Shown in pieces: positions 1 to 9,576 of a DNA stretch of 64,000 bases. The notes below the pieces were generated by a model that worked only from the letters and a program-made list of their open reading frames with translations, made no database searches and was not told where the DNA came from. How positions within the stretch are numbered: the stretch's first letter is position 1; every line of letters begins with the position of its first letter. The position numbers and the translations under genes were made by a program. This stretch comes from an uncultured Bacteroidales bacterium (GTDB lineage: Bacteria; Bacteroidota; Bacteroidia; Bacteroidales; VadinHA17): the NCBI GenBank assembly GCA_963765005.1, contig CAVXUP010000002.1, forward strand, positions 133,640 to 197,639, read 5' to 3'.

Positions 1-936
1 ATGAAACTCACCGAAGAGAACCTCATAAGATCAGAGCTCGATACAAGGGAAGCTGTGAGTACCGCCTATTACCTGATCCTTGTTGCAGAGAAGTCACTTG
101 AGATACTTAATGGGAATATCGTAAATCTTACCGAGACATTAAAATCAACAAGGTCGATGTTTGCTGCAGGTATGGCTGAAGCAACCGATGTTGACCAGAT
201 GGTCTCTAATCTGACGAGCGTTGAAAATCAGCGGATCTCAATGCAGAGGACAATAGAGCTTAACTATAATCTCCTCAGGTTCCAGCTTGGACTGGCTCCC
301 GGGGTTAAGGTGACACTTACTGAAACACTGGATGACATTACTGCAAGGGTAAATGTTGATGCCCTTCTGTCGCAGCAGTTCGACCATAAACAGAATGTAA
401 ATTACCGTCTTATAGAAGGTCAGGAGCAGATCTCTTCCCTGGCACTGAAGTCTCAGAAAGCTACAACACTCCCCACACTTTCAACATTCTATACCTATGG
501 AACGAATGGAATGGGGGATAAGCTGGGAGAACTTCAGTGGTTTCCAAATTCTATGGTTGGACTTTCACTTTCCGTTCCCATTTTTGCCAGCGGACAGAGG
601 TACCAGGGAATAAAAAAGGCCCAGGTAAATCTTAACAAGGCGCAAAATGCAAAGGCTATGGTAACCGACCAGCTTCTTCTCCAGGAAAAGCAGCTGAGAT
701 ACAACCTTATGAATGCAAATCTTCAGTACAAAAGCATGAAGGATAATGTAGATGTCTCAAAAAGGGTCTATGCAAGCATGGAGAATAAATTCAGGCAGGG
801 TGTAGCTTCAAGTCTCGATCTTACACAGGCCAATATACTCTATCTCCAGGCAGAGAATAATTACATAACGTCTCTGTTAAACCTTTTCCAGTCGAAGGTA
901 GCACTTGATAAACTTTTAAACAATCCATTACAGTAA
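1..936 (+). CDS. TolC-family outer-membrane efflux channel, C-terminal part (frame open to window start, so probably 5' partial)
   Basis: Long helical segments typical of OEP/TolC repeats (e.g. QANILYLQAENNYITSLLNLFQSKVALDKLL). Sits directly upstream of the adaptor and RND pump genes. Confidence 0.8.
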   Translation: MKLTEENLIRSELDTREAVSTAYYLILVAEKSLEILNGNIVNLTETLKSTRSMFAAGMAEATDVDQMVSNLTSVENQRISMQRTIELNYNLLRFQLGLAPGVKVTLTETLDDITARVNVDALLSQQFDHKQNVNYRLIEGQEQISSLALKSQKATTLPTLSTFYTYGTNGMGDKLGELQWFPNSMVGLSLSVPIFASGQRYQGIKKAQVNLNKAQNAKAMVTDQLLLQEKQLRYNLMNANLQYKSMKDNVDVSKRVYASMENKFRQGVASSLDLTQANILYLQAENNYITSLLNLFQSKVALDKLLNNPLQ

Positions 937-956
937 AACCATTTAATTATAACATA

Positions 957-2021
957 ATGAAATATCTTAAATCAATTTCGGTGATAATGATAAGCGGACT
1001 ATTACTTGCGGCCTGTTCATCAAAAACAAATAAGGAAAGTGGCCCTGGAACTTCAACAACTCCAGTAACAGAAAAACCAGCTATCCCGGTAAAGGTATTG
1101 ACACTTGCCAAAACAAAAATTTCGAGAACTATTGATTATACGGCTACCGTCTTACCTTTCGAAGAGGTTAATGTGGCTCCCGCTTCACCGGGAAGGATAG
1201 AGAAGCTCTTTGTTGAGGTCGGCGACAGGGTAAACAAGGGAGACAATCTTTTTCAGATGGACCGCACGCAGTTGTACCAGTTGAAGCTCCAGCTTGCCAG
1301 TCTTGAAAAGGATCTTAGCAGGACAGATACCCTGCTGAAATCGGGAAGCGCCAGGCAGCAGCAATACGATCAGCTTAAGACACAATATGATGTCACAAAA
1401 ACAAATGTCGATTTCATGGAACAAAACTCGCTGATGAAATCACCTTTCTATGGGATAGTTACAGGCAAATATTTTGAGGATGGAGAGATCTATTCAGGAG
1501 CTCCAACTACATCTGCAGGAAGATCCTCTGTTGTTACTGTCATGCAGGTAAATCCGCTTAAAGTGAATGTGAATATTTCAGAACAGTATTATCCGCTCAT
1601 CAAGAAGGGTATGAAGGTATCTTTGAAGGCAGATGTTTATGAAAATGAGCTGTTCACAGGAACTGTATTCCGTATATCTCCTACAATCAGTGCGGCAACC
1701 CGAAGCTTCACCGTTGAGATCGAGCTCCCAAACAGGAATGAATTGCTGAAGCCAGGCATGTTCGCAAGGGTTTCAATGGACCTGGCTGAGGTAGACACAT
1801 TTGTCGTTCCTGCCAACACGGTTCTGGTGCAGGAGGGAACCAATTTAAGATATGTATTCGTTGATGAAAATGGTAAAGCAAAAAGAGTTGAGATAGTTCT
1901 TGGGAAGCGATTTGATGACCAGTTTGAGATCATTTCGGAAACACTTAAGGAAGGAGCCAGCCTTGTCATTGAAGGGCAGTCAAGGCTTATCGATGGGGAT
2001 AAGATCGAAGTAGTAAGGTAG
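957..2021 (+). CDS. RND efflux periplasmic adaptor (membrane fusion protein, HlyD/AcrA-like lipoprotein)
   Basis: Lipobox LLLAAC at the N-terminus, a coiled-coil hairpin segment (QLYQLKLQLASLEKDLSRTDTLLK), and a barrel-sandwich/beta-barrel C-terminus. Lies between the TolC-like and RND genes. Confidence 0.9.
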   Translation: MKYLKSISVIMISGLLLAACSSKTNKESGPGTSTTPVTEKPAIPVKVLTLAKTKISRTIDYTATVLPFEEVNVAPASPGRIEKLFVEVGDRVNKGDNLFQMDRTQLYQLKLQLASLEKDLSRTDTLLKSGSARQQQYDQLKTQYDVTKTNVDFMEQNSLMKSPFYGIVTGKYFEDGEIYSGAPTTSAGRSSVVTVMQVNPLKVNVNISEQYYPLIKKGMKVSLKADVYENELFTGTVFRISPTISAATRSFTVEIELPNRNELLKPGMFARVSMDLAEVDTFVVPANTVLVQEGTNLRYVFVDENGKAKRVEIVLGKRFDDQFEIISETLKEGASLVIEGQSRLIDGDKIEVVR

Positions 2022-2045
2022 GTTTAAAAATTCAAAAATAACATA

Positions 2046-5000
2046 ATGAGTATATATAGTACCTCAGTAAAAAGACCCGTAACGACAATCCTTGTATTTG
2101 TCGGACTTATGGTAATGGGTCTTTATTCGCTGGTTCAGCTGCCAGTGGATCTTTATCCCGAGATGGAACTTCCATTTGTCGTGGTTATGACTACTTATCC
2201 CGGCGCAAGCGCATCGGACATTGAATCAAATGTAACGAGGCCAATTGAGAATACACTGAACTCAGTCAGCAAGCTAAAGGAGATCACATCCACCTCGAGC
2301 GATGGGACCTCTGTCATATTCATGAACTTTGAATACGGTACCAATCTCGATGAGGCCTCAAATGATATTAGGAGTAACCTGGGATTTGTTGAGAGGGCTC
2401 TGCCAGAAGATTGTGAGAAGCCGGCAATCATTAAGTTCAGTACAAGTATGATGCCGATAATTTTTTATGCTATTACTGCCAGGGAGAGTTATGCCGGACT
2501 TGAGAAAATACTTGATGAAAAAATAGTCAACCCGCTTAACAGGATTGATGGTGTCGGATCTGTAGGCCTTTCAGGTGTGCCAGGACGGAAGGTGTATATA
2601 GATGTTGATCCTCAGAAAATGGAGGCATACAATCTCACAATCGAACAGATCGGAAATATCCTGAGGGCAGAAAACATGAATATGCCGGCAGGTTATATCG
2701 AAATGGGAGAGACCGATTATCCTCTCCGCATCCAGGGTGAATTTCCTGAGAGTGATGTCGTAAAAAATATTGTGGTAAGCAGTATAAATGGCAGCAATGT
2801 CTATCTGAAGGATATAGCTGAGGTAAGGGATACGATCCGTGAATCAAAATTCGACACAAAGATAAACGGCACCAAGGGGATGGCGATGTATCTCATGAAA
2901 CAATCAGGAGGAAATACCGTCCAGGTCACAAAGGAGGTGGAGAAGAATCTTGAAATTCTTAAAAAGGATCTTCCTCCCGATGTGACGATAGAGAAGTTGT
3001 TTGACAGTGCGTCATTCATTAAGGATTCAATCAGGAACCTCTCTGAAACTCTGATGTATGCTGCAATATTTGTAATCCTGGTAGTCCTGTTCTTCCTGGG
3101 AAGATGGAGAGCAACGTTTATTGTCATTCTTACAATTCCAATCTCACTCATTGTTGCATTCATTTATCTCTTTATAACAGATGCGTCAATAAACATTATC
3201 TCTCTTACGTCTTTGTCAATTGCGATCGGGATGGTTGTTGACGATGCTATTGTTGTGCTGGAGAATATTACAAAGCATATTGAAAGAGGAAGCCGGCCGC
3301 GAGAAGCTGCAATTTATGCAACAAACGAGGTATGGCTTGCAGTTATCGTAACCACTCTTACCGTAGTTGCAGTTTTCTTCCCCTTAACCTTTGTAACAGG
3401 CCTTACAGGAGTGCTCTTTAAGCAGCTGGGCATGATAGTTACAATAACTATCGTAACATCAGTGTTTGCCGCAATAACTCTTACCCCAACCCTTAGTTCA
3501 CTTCTCCTGAAATGGTATCCGATAAATAAGGATGCCGGTTTCTGGACCTACGACGGGAGCATAAGAAAGTGGCTTGACAGGCTTGATCATTTTTATGAAA
3601 GAACACTGAGATGGGCTCTTCGGCATAAGACTGTGGTTTCAATTTTCGCTTTTGTGATTTTTGTGATGTCAATGGGGCTGTTCACTGTCATCAAAACGGA
3701 ATTTTTCCCGCAGGCTGACGAATCACGGCTGACGGCAACAATAGAATTGCAGACAGGAACAAGAGTAGATCAGACATTAAAGACATCAAAAAAGATAGAT
3801 GAACTTATCAAGAACAAGTACCCGGAAGTAAAAATAATATCAACATCAACCGGCTCGGATGACCAGGGCGGATTTGCATCAATATTTTCTGCCGGAGGAA
3901 GCCATACCATAAGTTACAGTCTCAGTCTTGTGCCAATTGAAGAAAGAACAAAATCGGTATTTGAGATGGCAGAGGAGATGAGAGCTGACTTTGCAAAGAT
4001 GCCGGAAGTGATAAATTTCACTGTAAGCACCTCCGACAACATGGGAAGTTTCGGGGGAAGTGCAGTTGACGTTGAGATTTATGGCTATAACATCTCAGAA
4101 ACAAATATTGTTGCAGGTGAACTTGCGGAGAAAATAAAGAATATCGAGGGAGCCAAGGATGTTACAATCAGCCGTGATAAATCAAAACCTGAATTACAGA
4201 TCGTTTTTGATCAGAATAAGATGGCAGCAAACGGGTTGAATACTGCAATGGTATCGGCTGCCGTTAAGAACAGGGTTGACGGTATGACAGCAACAAGGCT
4301 TCGGCAGTTTGGAACAGAGTACGATGTTGTTGTGAGGTTTAAACGTAATGCAACAAGCACTCTTACCGATGTCGAGAACATTGGAATACCATCCCCCACA
4401 GGCCAGTTGGTCAGGCTTGGGGAGATTGCAGAGATAAAGGAATACTGGTCACCTCCCAGTATCGAACGTAAACGTAAGGAACGTATTGTAAGGGTTTCAT
4501 TTACACCTTACAAGAGATCCCTGACGGAATTGCAGGTTGAAGTTCAGAAAGCAATAGATTCAATTGTCATGCCTGCAGGGGTTATGGTCCAGATCTCAGG
4601 CGCAATACAAGAGCAGATGGAATCTTTTATGGATATTGCTCTTCTTATGGCCATAAGTCTGATACTTGTTTATCTGATAATGGCATCTCAATTCGAGTCA
4701 TTAAAAATGCCTTTCATTATTATGTTCTCAATACCATTTGCTTTCTCAGGTGTGGCTCTTGCACTCTTCATAACAAATACAACTTTAAGTGTAATATCCG
4801 CTATCGGAGGGGTAATGCTGATTGGCATTGTTGTCAAGAACGCCATCGTTCTTGTCGACTTTATTAACCTGATGCGCGAGAGAGGACATGAGCTGTATGA
4901 GGCAATTGCAATATCAGGACGTTCAAGGCTTAGACCTGTAATAATGACATCCGCCACAACAATCCTTGGGATGCTGCCTCTGGCAATGAGCACAGGTTCA

Positions 5001-5186
5001 GGATCGGAGTTGTGGAGCCCGATGGGAATAGCTGTGATCGGCGGACTGGTCTTTTCAACAATTGTCACACTAATCCTTGTGCCGGTTGTTTATGCTATTT
5101 TCTCAAAGCGTGGTGAGAGGAATAAAAATCTGGCTGTTTACTCTGATTTTGACTTTATAATTGACACCAGTAAAGCCCTAAAGTAA
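2046..5186 (+). CDS. RND-type efflux permease (AcrB/HAE1-like, 12-TM, 1046 aa)
   Basis: Size, N-terminus RPVTTILVFVGLMVMGLYSL, conserved TM4-type motif AIGMVVDDAIVVLENI, and a duplicated half with VKNAIVLVDFIN. Confidence 0.95.
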   Translation: MSIYSTSVKRPVTTILVFVGLMVMGLYSLVQLPVDLYPEMELPFVVVMTTYPGASASDIESNVTRPIENTLNSVSKLKEITSTSSDGTSVIFMNFEYGTNLDEASNDIRSNLGFVERALPEDCEKPAIIKFSTSMMPIIFYAITARESYAGLEKILDEKIVNPLNRIDGVGSVGLSGVPGRKVYIDVDPQKMEAYNLTIEQIGNILRAENMNMPAGYIEMGETDYPLRIQGEFPESDVVKNIVVSSINGSNVYLKDIAEVRDTIRESKFDTKINGTKGMAMYLMKQSGGNTVQVTKEVEKNLEILKKDLPPDVTIEKLFDSASFIKDSIRNLSETLMYAAIFVILVVLFFLGRWRATFIVILTIPISLIVAFIYLFITDASINIISLTSLSIAIGMVVDDAIVVLENITKHIERGSRPREAAIYATNEVWLAVIVTTLTVVAVFFPLTFVTGLTGVLFKQLGMIVTITIVTSVFAAITLTPTLSSLLLKWYPINKDAGFWTYDGSIRKWLDRLDHFYERTLRWALRHKTVVSIFAFVIFVMSMGLFTVIKTEFFPQADESRLTATIELQTGTRVDQTLKTSKKIDELIKNKYPEVKIISTSTGSDDQGGFASIFSAGGSHTISYSLSLVPIEERTKSVFEMAEEMRADFAKMPEVINFTVSTSDNMGSFGGSAVDVEIYGYNISETNIVAGELAEKIKNIEGAKDVTISRDKSKPELQIVFDQNKMAANGLNTAMVSAAVKNRVDGMTATRLRQFGTEYDVVVRFKRNATSTLTDVENIGIPSPTGQLVRLGEIAEIKEYWSPPSIERKRKERIVRVSFTPYKRSLTELQVEVQKAIDSIVMPAGVMVQISGAIQEQMESFMDIALLMAISLILVYLIMASQFESLKMPFIIMFSIPFAFSGVALALFITNTTLSVISAIGGVMLIGIVVKNAIVLVDFINLMRERGHELYEAIAISGRSRLRPVIMTSATTILGMLPLAMSTGSGSELWSPMGIAVIGGLVFSTIVTLILVPVVYAIFSKRGERNKNLAVYSDFDFIIDTSKALK

Positions 5187-5205
5187 AAAATAACCTGATA
5201 ACGAA

Positions 5206-5505
5206 ATGATTATGAAAGCAGTAATGATAATATACAACCAGGCTCATACCGAGAAGATCGAGTATATGCTTGACAAGCTCGGCATAAAAGGCTATTCACT
5301 CTGGGAGAATGTTCAGGGCAGGGGAAGCAATACAGGAGTCCCTCATCTTGGTACCCATGCATGGCCCGAGATTAATAAAAGTGTGCTTACAGTAATTGAG
5401 GACGATATGGTCGATACAGTTCTGGACACTGTTAAGCGGATAGATGCCATTAATGATGAAGTAGGGATCAGGGCATTCGCCTGGGATATTCTGAAAATGG
5501 TTTGA
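5206..5505 (+). CDS. Small P-II-fold-like transporter-associated protein (99 aa; the start could be the second ATG at 5212)
   Basis: About 100-aa ORF 20 nt after the RND stop, with a beta-alpha-beta pattern (MKAVMIIYNQAHTEKIEYMLDKLGIKGYSLWENVQGRG) reminiscent of P-II/GlnB-like proteins. The family assignment is from memory only. Confidence 0.55.
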   Translation: MIMKAVMIIYNQAHTEKIEYMLDKLGIKGYSLWENVQGRGSNTGVPHLGTHAWPEINKSVLTVIEDDMVDTVLDTVKRIDAINDEVGIRAFAWDILKMV

Positions 5506-5529
5506 CGCTAATTCAATTGCTTATTGAGA

Positions 5530-5556
5530 GGCTGGCCCGTTTGGTCAGCCTTTTTT
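5530..5556 (+). terminator. Rho-independent terminator of the efflux operon
   Basis: GGCTGGCC / GGTCAGCC 8-bp stem with a 5-nt loop, followed by TTTTTT. Confidence 0.75.
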
Positions 5557-5653
5557 GTTGATAAACAGGCATATATGACAATAAATCATAAAAAATAATA
5601 TCATACCTATTAAAAATATGGGGGTAAACATAAAAAAATACATAAATAATGAG

Positions 5654-5732
5654 TTAACCCCCTATTTTAATAGGGGGTGCAAGATAAATAAAGTATAATA
5701 TTTATCACTAACCCCTAATTTAAATAGGGTCT
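5654..5732. repeat. Two related short palindromes, TAACCCCCTATTTTAATAGGGGG and TAACCCCTAATTTAAATAGGG, about 54 nt apart
   Basis: Read directly at 5656-5677 and 5709-5729, in the A+T-rich spacer upstream of the porin-like gene. Confidence 0.5.
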
Positions 5733-5789
5733 AAATAAAATATTACATATTATTGCACCGTAATTAGTATTAATTTAATATTTGAGAGT

Positions 5790-6494
5790 ATGAAAAAGAG
5801 AATGATGATTTTTACAGGAATGCTGGCGCTGGTATTAATAAGCAATACCCGTCTTGCAGCTCAGACCGAAACAGTAGAGTCCAAATTTAGTGTAGGGGCT
5901 GATCTCTACTCCAATTACATCTGGAGGGGAACCAAATTCGGAAAAGGACCTGCTGTACAGCCTTCTGTAAAATTCGTCACAGGGGGATTGACACTTGGTG
6001 TCTGGGGTTCATTTGATGCCAGCGGTTATGCAGAAGCAGATCCATATATCTCTTATGCATTGCCATTTGGACTGAGTCTGGGTATGACAGACTATTATTA
6101 TCCGGGGACAAAATTTTTTGAAGTGTCTGATACAGCAGGAAGCCATGCATTTGAATTTAATGCAGGATTTACAAAAGGAGGATTAAGTCTGAGTGCAAAC
6201 TATATATTAAACCAGGCCGGAGCTGCAGGCTCGGTAGGCGGAGATATGTACTTTCAGGCTGGATATGCTTTTACATACGTGAATGTGTTCCTGGGAGCAG
6301 GTGATGGCTGGCATACTTCGGACGGCGAATTTGCCCTGTGCAATTTGGGAATAGGAACCTCCAAAACAATAAAATTAACTGATAACTTCTCAATACCCGT
6401 CAGCGGACAGGTTATTCTCAATCCCGACAGGGAGCAGCTTTATGTGGTAGTAGGCTTCTCCTTTAAATATTTAAAACGCTCAGGTCTACGATAA
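5790..6494 (+). CDS. TorF-family putative outer-membrane porin (signal peptide, beta-barrel)
   Basis: Signal peptide ending LAAQ. Motif SNYIWRGTKFGKGPAVQPSV matches the remembered TorF/Gcw_chp signature (S-Y-x-RG...PAvQ). Alternating beta-strand pattern throughout. Confidence 0.6.
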   Translation: MKKRMMIFTGMLALVLISNTRLAAQTETVESKFSVGADLYSNYIWRGTKFGKGPAVQPSVKFVTGGLTLGVWGSFDASGYAEADPYISYALPFGLSLGMTDYYYPGTKFFEVSDTAGSHAFEFNAGFTKGGLSLSANYILNQAGAAGSVGGDMYFQAGYAFTYVNVFLGAGDGWHTSDGEFALCNLGIGTSKTIKLTDNFSIPVSGQVILNPDREQLYVVVGFSFKYLKRSGLR

Positions 6495-6515
6495 ATAGAG
6501 CTGTACGATAGCTTC

Positions 6516-6600
6516 TGTAAAGATGCATCGCGTTTCTACGACTGAATATATGAACCATGGAGCCACATTGTAAAAACGCGATGCATGGCGTTTCTGACAA
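6516..6600. repeat. REP-like palindromic elements (family A), one partial and one near-complete copy
   Basis: CTGTAAAGATGCATCGCGTTTCTACG and CCACATTGTAAAAACGCGATGCATGGCGTTTCTGAC lie between convergent genes. Same family as at 28319-28466 and 62781-62871. Confidence 0.65.
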
Positions 6601-6606
6601 AGACTC

Positions 6607-8763
6607 CTATTCTTCTTCTTCCTCTTCAGAGTAAGCCTTGATTACAGCATCCTGTACATCACCCGGAACCTGGGCATATTCGGCAAACTTCATTGTATAC
6701 ATTGCACGTCCGCCTGTTATTGAACTGAGTGCAGTGGAATACTTATTCATCTCGGCAAGAGGTACCTTGGCCTTTATTACCTCAAACCTCTTTTCGCTCG
6801 ACATTCCAAGAACCATTCCGCGGCGGCCCTGAAGGTCACTTATCACATCACCCATACGGTCGGAAGGAACAAAGATCTCAACATCATAAACCGGTTCAAG
6901 GATCTTTGGGCCGGCAATTTTAAATGCCTGGCTGAAAGCGTTCCTGCCGGCAAGGCGGAAAGATATTTCGTTAGAGTCAACCGGGTGCATCTTCCCGTCG
7001 TAAACATAAACCCTGATATCGCGTGCATATGAACCCGTAAGCGGGCCAATCTCCATTTTTTCCATCAGGCCTTTCAGGATAGCAGGCATAAATCGGGCGT
7101 CGATTGCTCCTCCGACAATACTGTTTACATATACAAGCTTTCCTCCCCATGGAAGATTAATCTCTTCCTTATCGCGTACCGAGATCTTTATCTCTTTACC
7201 GTTTATTTTCTGCATTGTGGCTTCCTTTGAACCCTCTTCGTAAGGCTCAATTATCATATGAACCTCGCCAAACTGGCCAGCGCCTCCTGATTGTTTCCTG
7301 TGACGGTAATCAGCCTGTGCTGTCTTCGTAATTGTTTCGCGGTATGGTATTTTAGGAGGATTGAAAACAGTGGGGATCTTATAGATATTATCAAGGTGCC
7401 ACTTCATTATATTCAGATGGTATTCACCCTGACCGTGAACTATGATCTGCTTGAGTTCCTTCGAATACTCAATTATTATAGTAGGATCTTCAAGATGAAT
7501 TTTATTAAGCGATTCGCCAAGCTTTTCATCGTCGCTCTCACTCTGAGCCTTTATTGCTGTCCTGTATTTCGGATCGGGGAATTTGACTCCTTCATATTTC
7601 CAGTCGTTGCCGGGAGCATTAAGGGTATGACCTGTCTTTGTGCTTTTTAGTTTTACAAAAGCACCGATATCACCGGTATGGAGTTCCGGTACCCTGGTTC
7701 TGCTTTTACCTGCACTGATATAGATCTGAGATAAACGCTCCTTGCTGCCGTTGCTGCTGTTTACAACATCGAGGTTTTCTGAGATTTTTCCGGAATAAAC
7801 CCTGAAGTAGTTGATCTCACCAATGTGCTCCTCAATTGCTGATTTGAAAACATAAACTGATGGGGACCCTGCAGGATCTGCCTTGACCGGGTTACCCTTG
7901 CTGTTAACCGGAGGTGTCATGTCTGCAAGCGATGGTGCCTCGTTTACAATGAATTCGAGAAGACGATCGACGCCAATGTTATTCTTTGCCGAGATGCACA
8001 GAACCGGGAATAATCCGCGTGTAAGGATACCTTTGGCAATGCCTTTCCTGATTTCGTCTTCTGTAAGGGTGTCGTTGGTAAAGAACAGTTCCATAAGAGA
8101 TTCATCGCTTTCGGCTGCTTTTTCAACAAGAGCGCCATGCAGTTCGGCTGCTTTTTCCGCCTGGTCGGCAGGGATATCCAGAACTTCTGCCTTGCCTCCA
8201 TCCTTGGCATACCGCAGCATCTTCATTTTAAGAACATCTATTATCGAGTTGAATCCCGAACCTTCATTCACAGGATACTGTACAAGGATAATATTGCTGC
8301 TTAACCTCTCCTTAAGCATTTCAACCGATTTCTCAAAGTTGGCCTTTTCATGATCGAGTCCGTTCACAACAATAATGAGAGGCTTATGATCCTTTTCAGC
8401 ATGGCGGAAATGAATCTCGGTACCTACTTCAACACCATTCTGGACATTGATTGTCATTACTGCTGCATCGGAAGCATAGAGTGAAGATATTACTCCTCCG
8501 CTGAAATCGTCGAGACCCGGAGTGTCGAGGATATTGATCTTATTGTTCTGAAATTCAGTGTATAGAACAGTTGAAAATATTGAGTTTCCGTTTTCATGTT
8601 CAATCGGCCGGTAGTCCGATACACTGTTTTTACCTTCAATAGTTCCTCGTCTTTCGATTATTCCGCCATTAAAAAGCATAGCCTCTGCAAGGGTTGTTTT
8701 ACCTGAACCCGAGTTACCCAGCAGGGCAATGTTCTTAATCAAGTCAGCCTGGTATGTTTTCAT
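6607..8763 (-). CDS. Elongation factor G paralogue (EF-G-like translational GTPase with divergent G domain and poly-Glu C-terminus)
   Basis: 718 aa collinear with EF-G (G1 GNSGSGKTT, DTPG, domain IV HPVDSNEISF). It has DTPGL instead of DTPGH, NGLD instead of NKMD, and ends SEEEEEE. Confidence 0.9.
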   Translation of the reverse strand: MKTYQADLIKNIALLGNSGSGKTTLAEAMLFNGGIIERRGTIEGKNSVSDYRPIEHENGNSIFSTVLYTEFQNNKINILDTPGLDDFSGGVISSLYASDAAVMTINVQNGVEVGTEIHFRHAEKDHKPLIIVVNGLDHEKANFEKSVEMLKERLSSNIILVQYPVNEGSGFNSIIDVLKMKMLRYAKDGGKAEVLDIPADQAEKAAELHGALVEKAAESDESLMELFFTNDTLTEDEIRKGIAKGILTRGLFPVLCISAKNNIGVDRLLEFIVNEAPSLADMTPPVNSKGNPVKADPAGSPSVYVFKSAIEEHIGEINYFRVYSGKISENLDVVNSSNGSKERLSQIYISAGKSRTRVPELHTGDIGAFVKLKSTKTGHTLNAPGNDWKYEGVKFPDPKYRTAIKAQSESDDEKLGESLNKIHLEDPTIIIEYSKELKQIIVHGQGEYHLNIMKWHLDNIYKIPTVFNPPKIPYRETITKTAQADYRHRKQSGGAGQFGEVHMIIEPYEEGSKEATMQKINGKEIKISVRDKEEINLPWGGKLVYVNSIVGGAIDARFMPAILKGLMEKMEIGPLTGSYARDIRVYVYDGKMHPVDSNEISFRLAGRNAFSQAFKIAGPKILEPVYDVEIFVPSDRMGDVISDLQGRRGMVLGMSSEKRFEVIKAKVPLAEMNKYSTALSSITGGRAMYTMKFAEYAQVPGDVQDAVIKAYSEEEEEE

Positions 8764-9127
8764 TTTTTTGGATATAATTATGTTATTACTTATTTATTAT
8801 ATACTATTGTAAGGAGGGGACAAAAATAATAATTTTTTAAAAACAGGATAAAAAAGGAGTGATAATTCCAAATTATTTATTTCCTTTGCACCAGTTTTTT
8901 GAAATACAGGAGTACCGGTTTTTCTTTCAAAGTAAGTTTACAAAACGTTTTTCACTTGGAAAGGTCGGGAAGGAACCTGTTTATAACTTACATTTTTTGT
9001 AAGACATATAGTTTCTTAAGATGCTTCAATAGCTGGTTATTGGGATAGATCAGTTATGTAAGCCTTCTTATTATTCCTGTTTCAAAAAAAATATTTTACT
9101 TGTTTGTGAATTAACAAAATAAAACAA

Positions 9128-9135
9128 TACCTTTG
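9128..9135 (+). promoter_or_regulatory. Candidate Bacteroidota -7 promoter box (TACCTTTG) for the str operon
   Basis: Matches TAnnTTTG about 48 nt upstream of the rpsL ATG. Confidence 0.4.
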
Positions 9136-9182
9136 CAAACCGTTTTTTTGAGTATAATTTAATGCTAAAATAAATTGGATTT

Positions 9183-9557
9183 ATGCCGACAATTCAGCAG
9201 TTAGTAAGAAAAGGCAGGAAGAAACTGGTAGATAAAAGTAAAGCTCCTGCTTTGGATTCATGCCCTCAGAGAAGGGGAGTATGTGTGCGCGTTTATACAA
9301 CAACACCCAAGAAACCAAACTCAGCAATGAGAAAGGTTGCCAGGGTAAGGCTTACCAATCAGAAAGAGGTAAACGCTTATATTCCGGGAGAGGGTCATAA
9401 TCTCCAGGAACACTCGATCGTACTGATCAGAGGTGGAAGGGTTAAAGACCTTCCGGGTGTGCGTTATCACCTTATCCGTGGTGCTCTCGATACATCAGGA
9501 GTGGATGGCCGCACACAGAGAAGATCAAAATATGGTGCCAAAAGACCGAAGAAGTAA
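9183..9557 (+). CDS. rpsL: 30S ribosomal protein S12
   Basis: [13 protein letters not shown]-terminus and PGVRYH motif; first gene of the str operon. Confidence 0.98.
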   Translation: MPTIQQLVRKGRKKLVDKSKAPALDSCPQRRGVCVRVYTTTPKKPNSAMRKVARVRLTNQKEVNAYIPGEGHNLQEHSIVLIRGGRVKDLPGVRYHLIRGALDTSGVDGRTQRRSKYGAKRPKK

Positions 9558-9576
9558 CAGTTAAAGGAATAAGATA

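Noticed and set aside
8764-9182. Hidden gene or leader RNA in the 419-bp spacer between the EF-G paralogue and rpsL
   Set aside because: The spacer is very A+T-rich, with only weak hairpins (e.g. CTTACA-TTTT-TGTAAG) and no ORF. It is most simply a divergent promoter region, with a CAAAAATA box for the minus-strand gene and TACCTTTG for rpsL.
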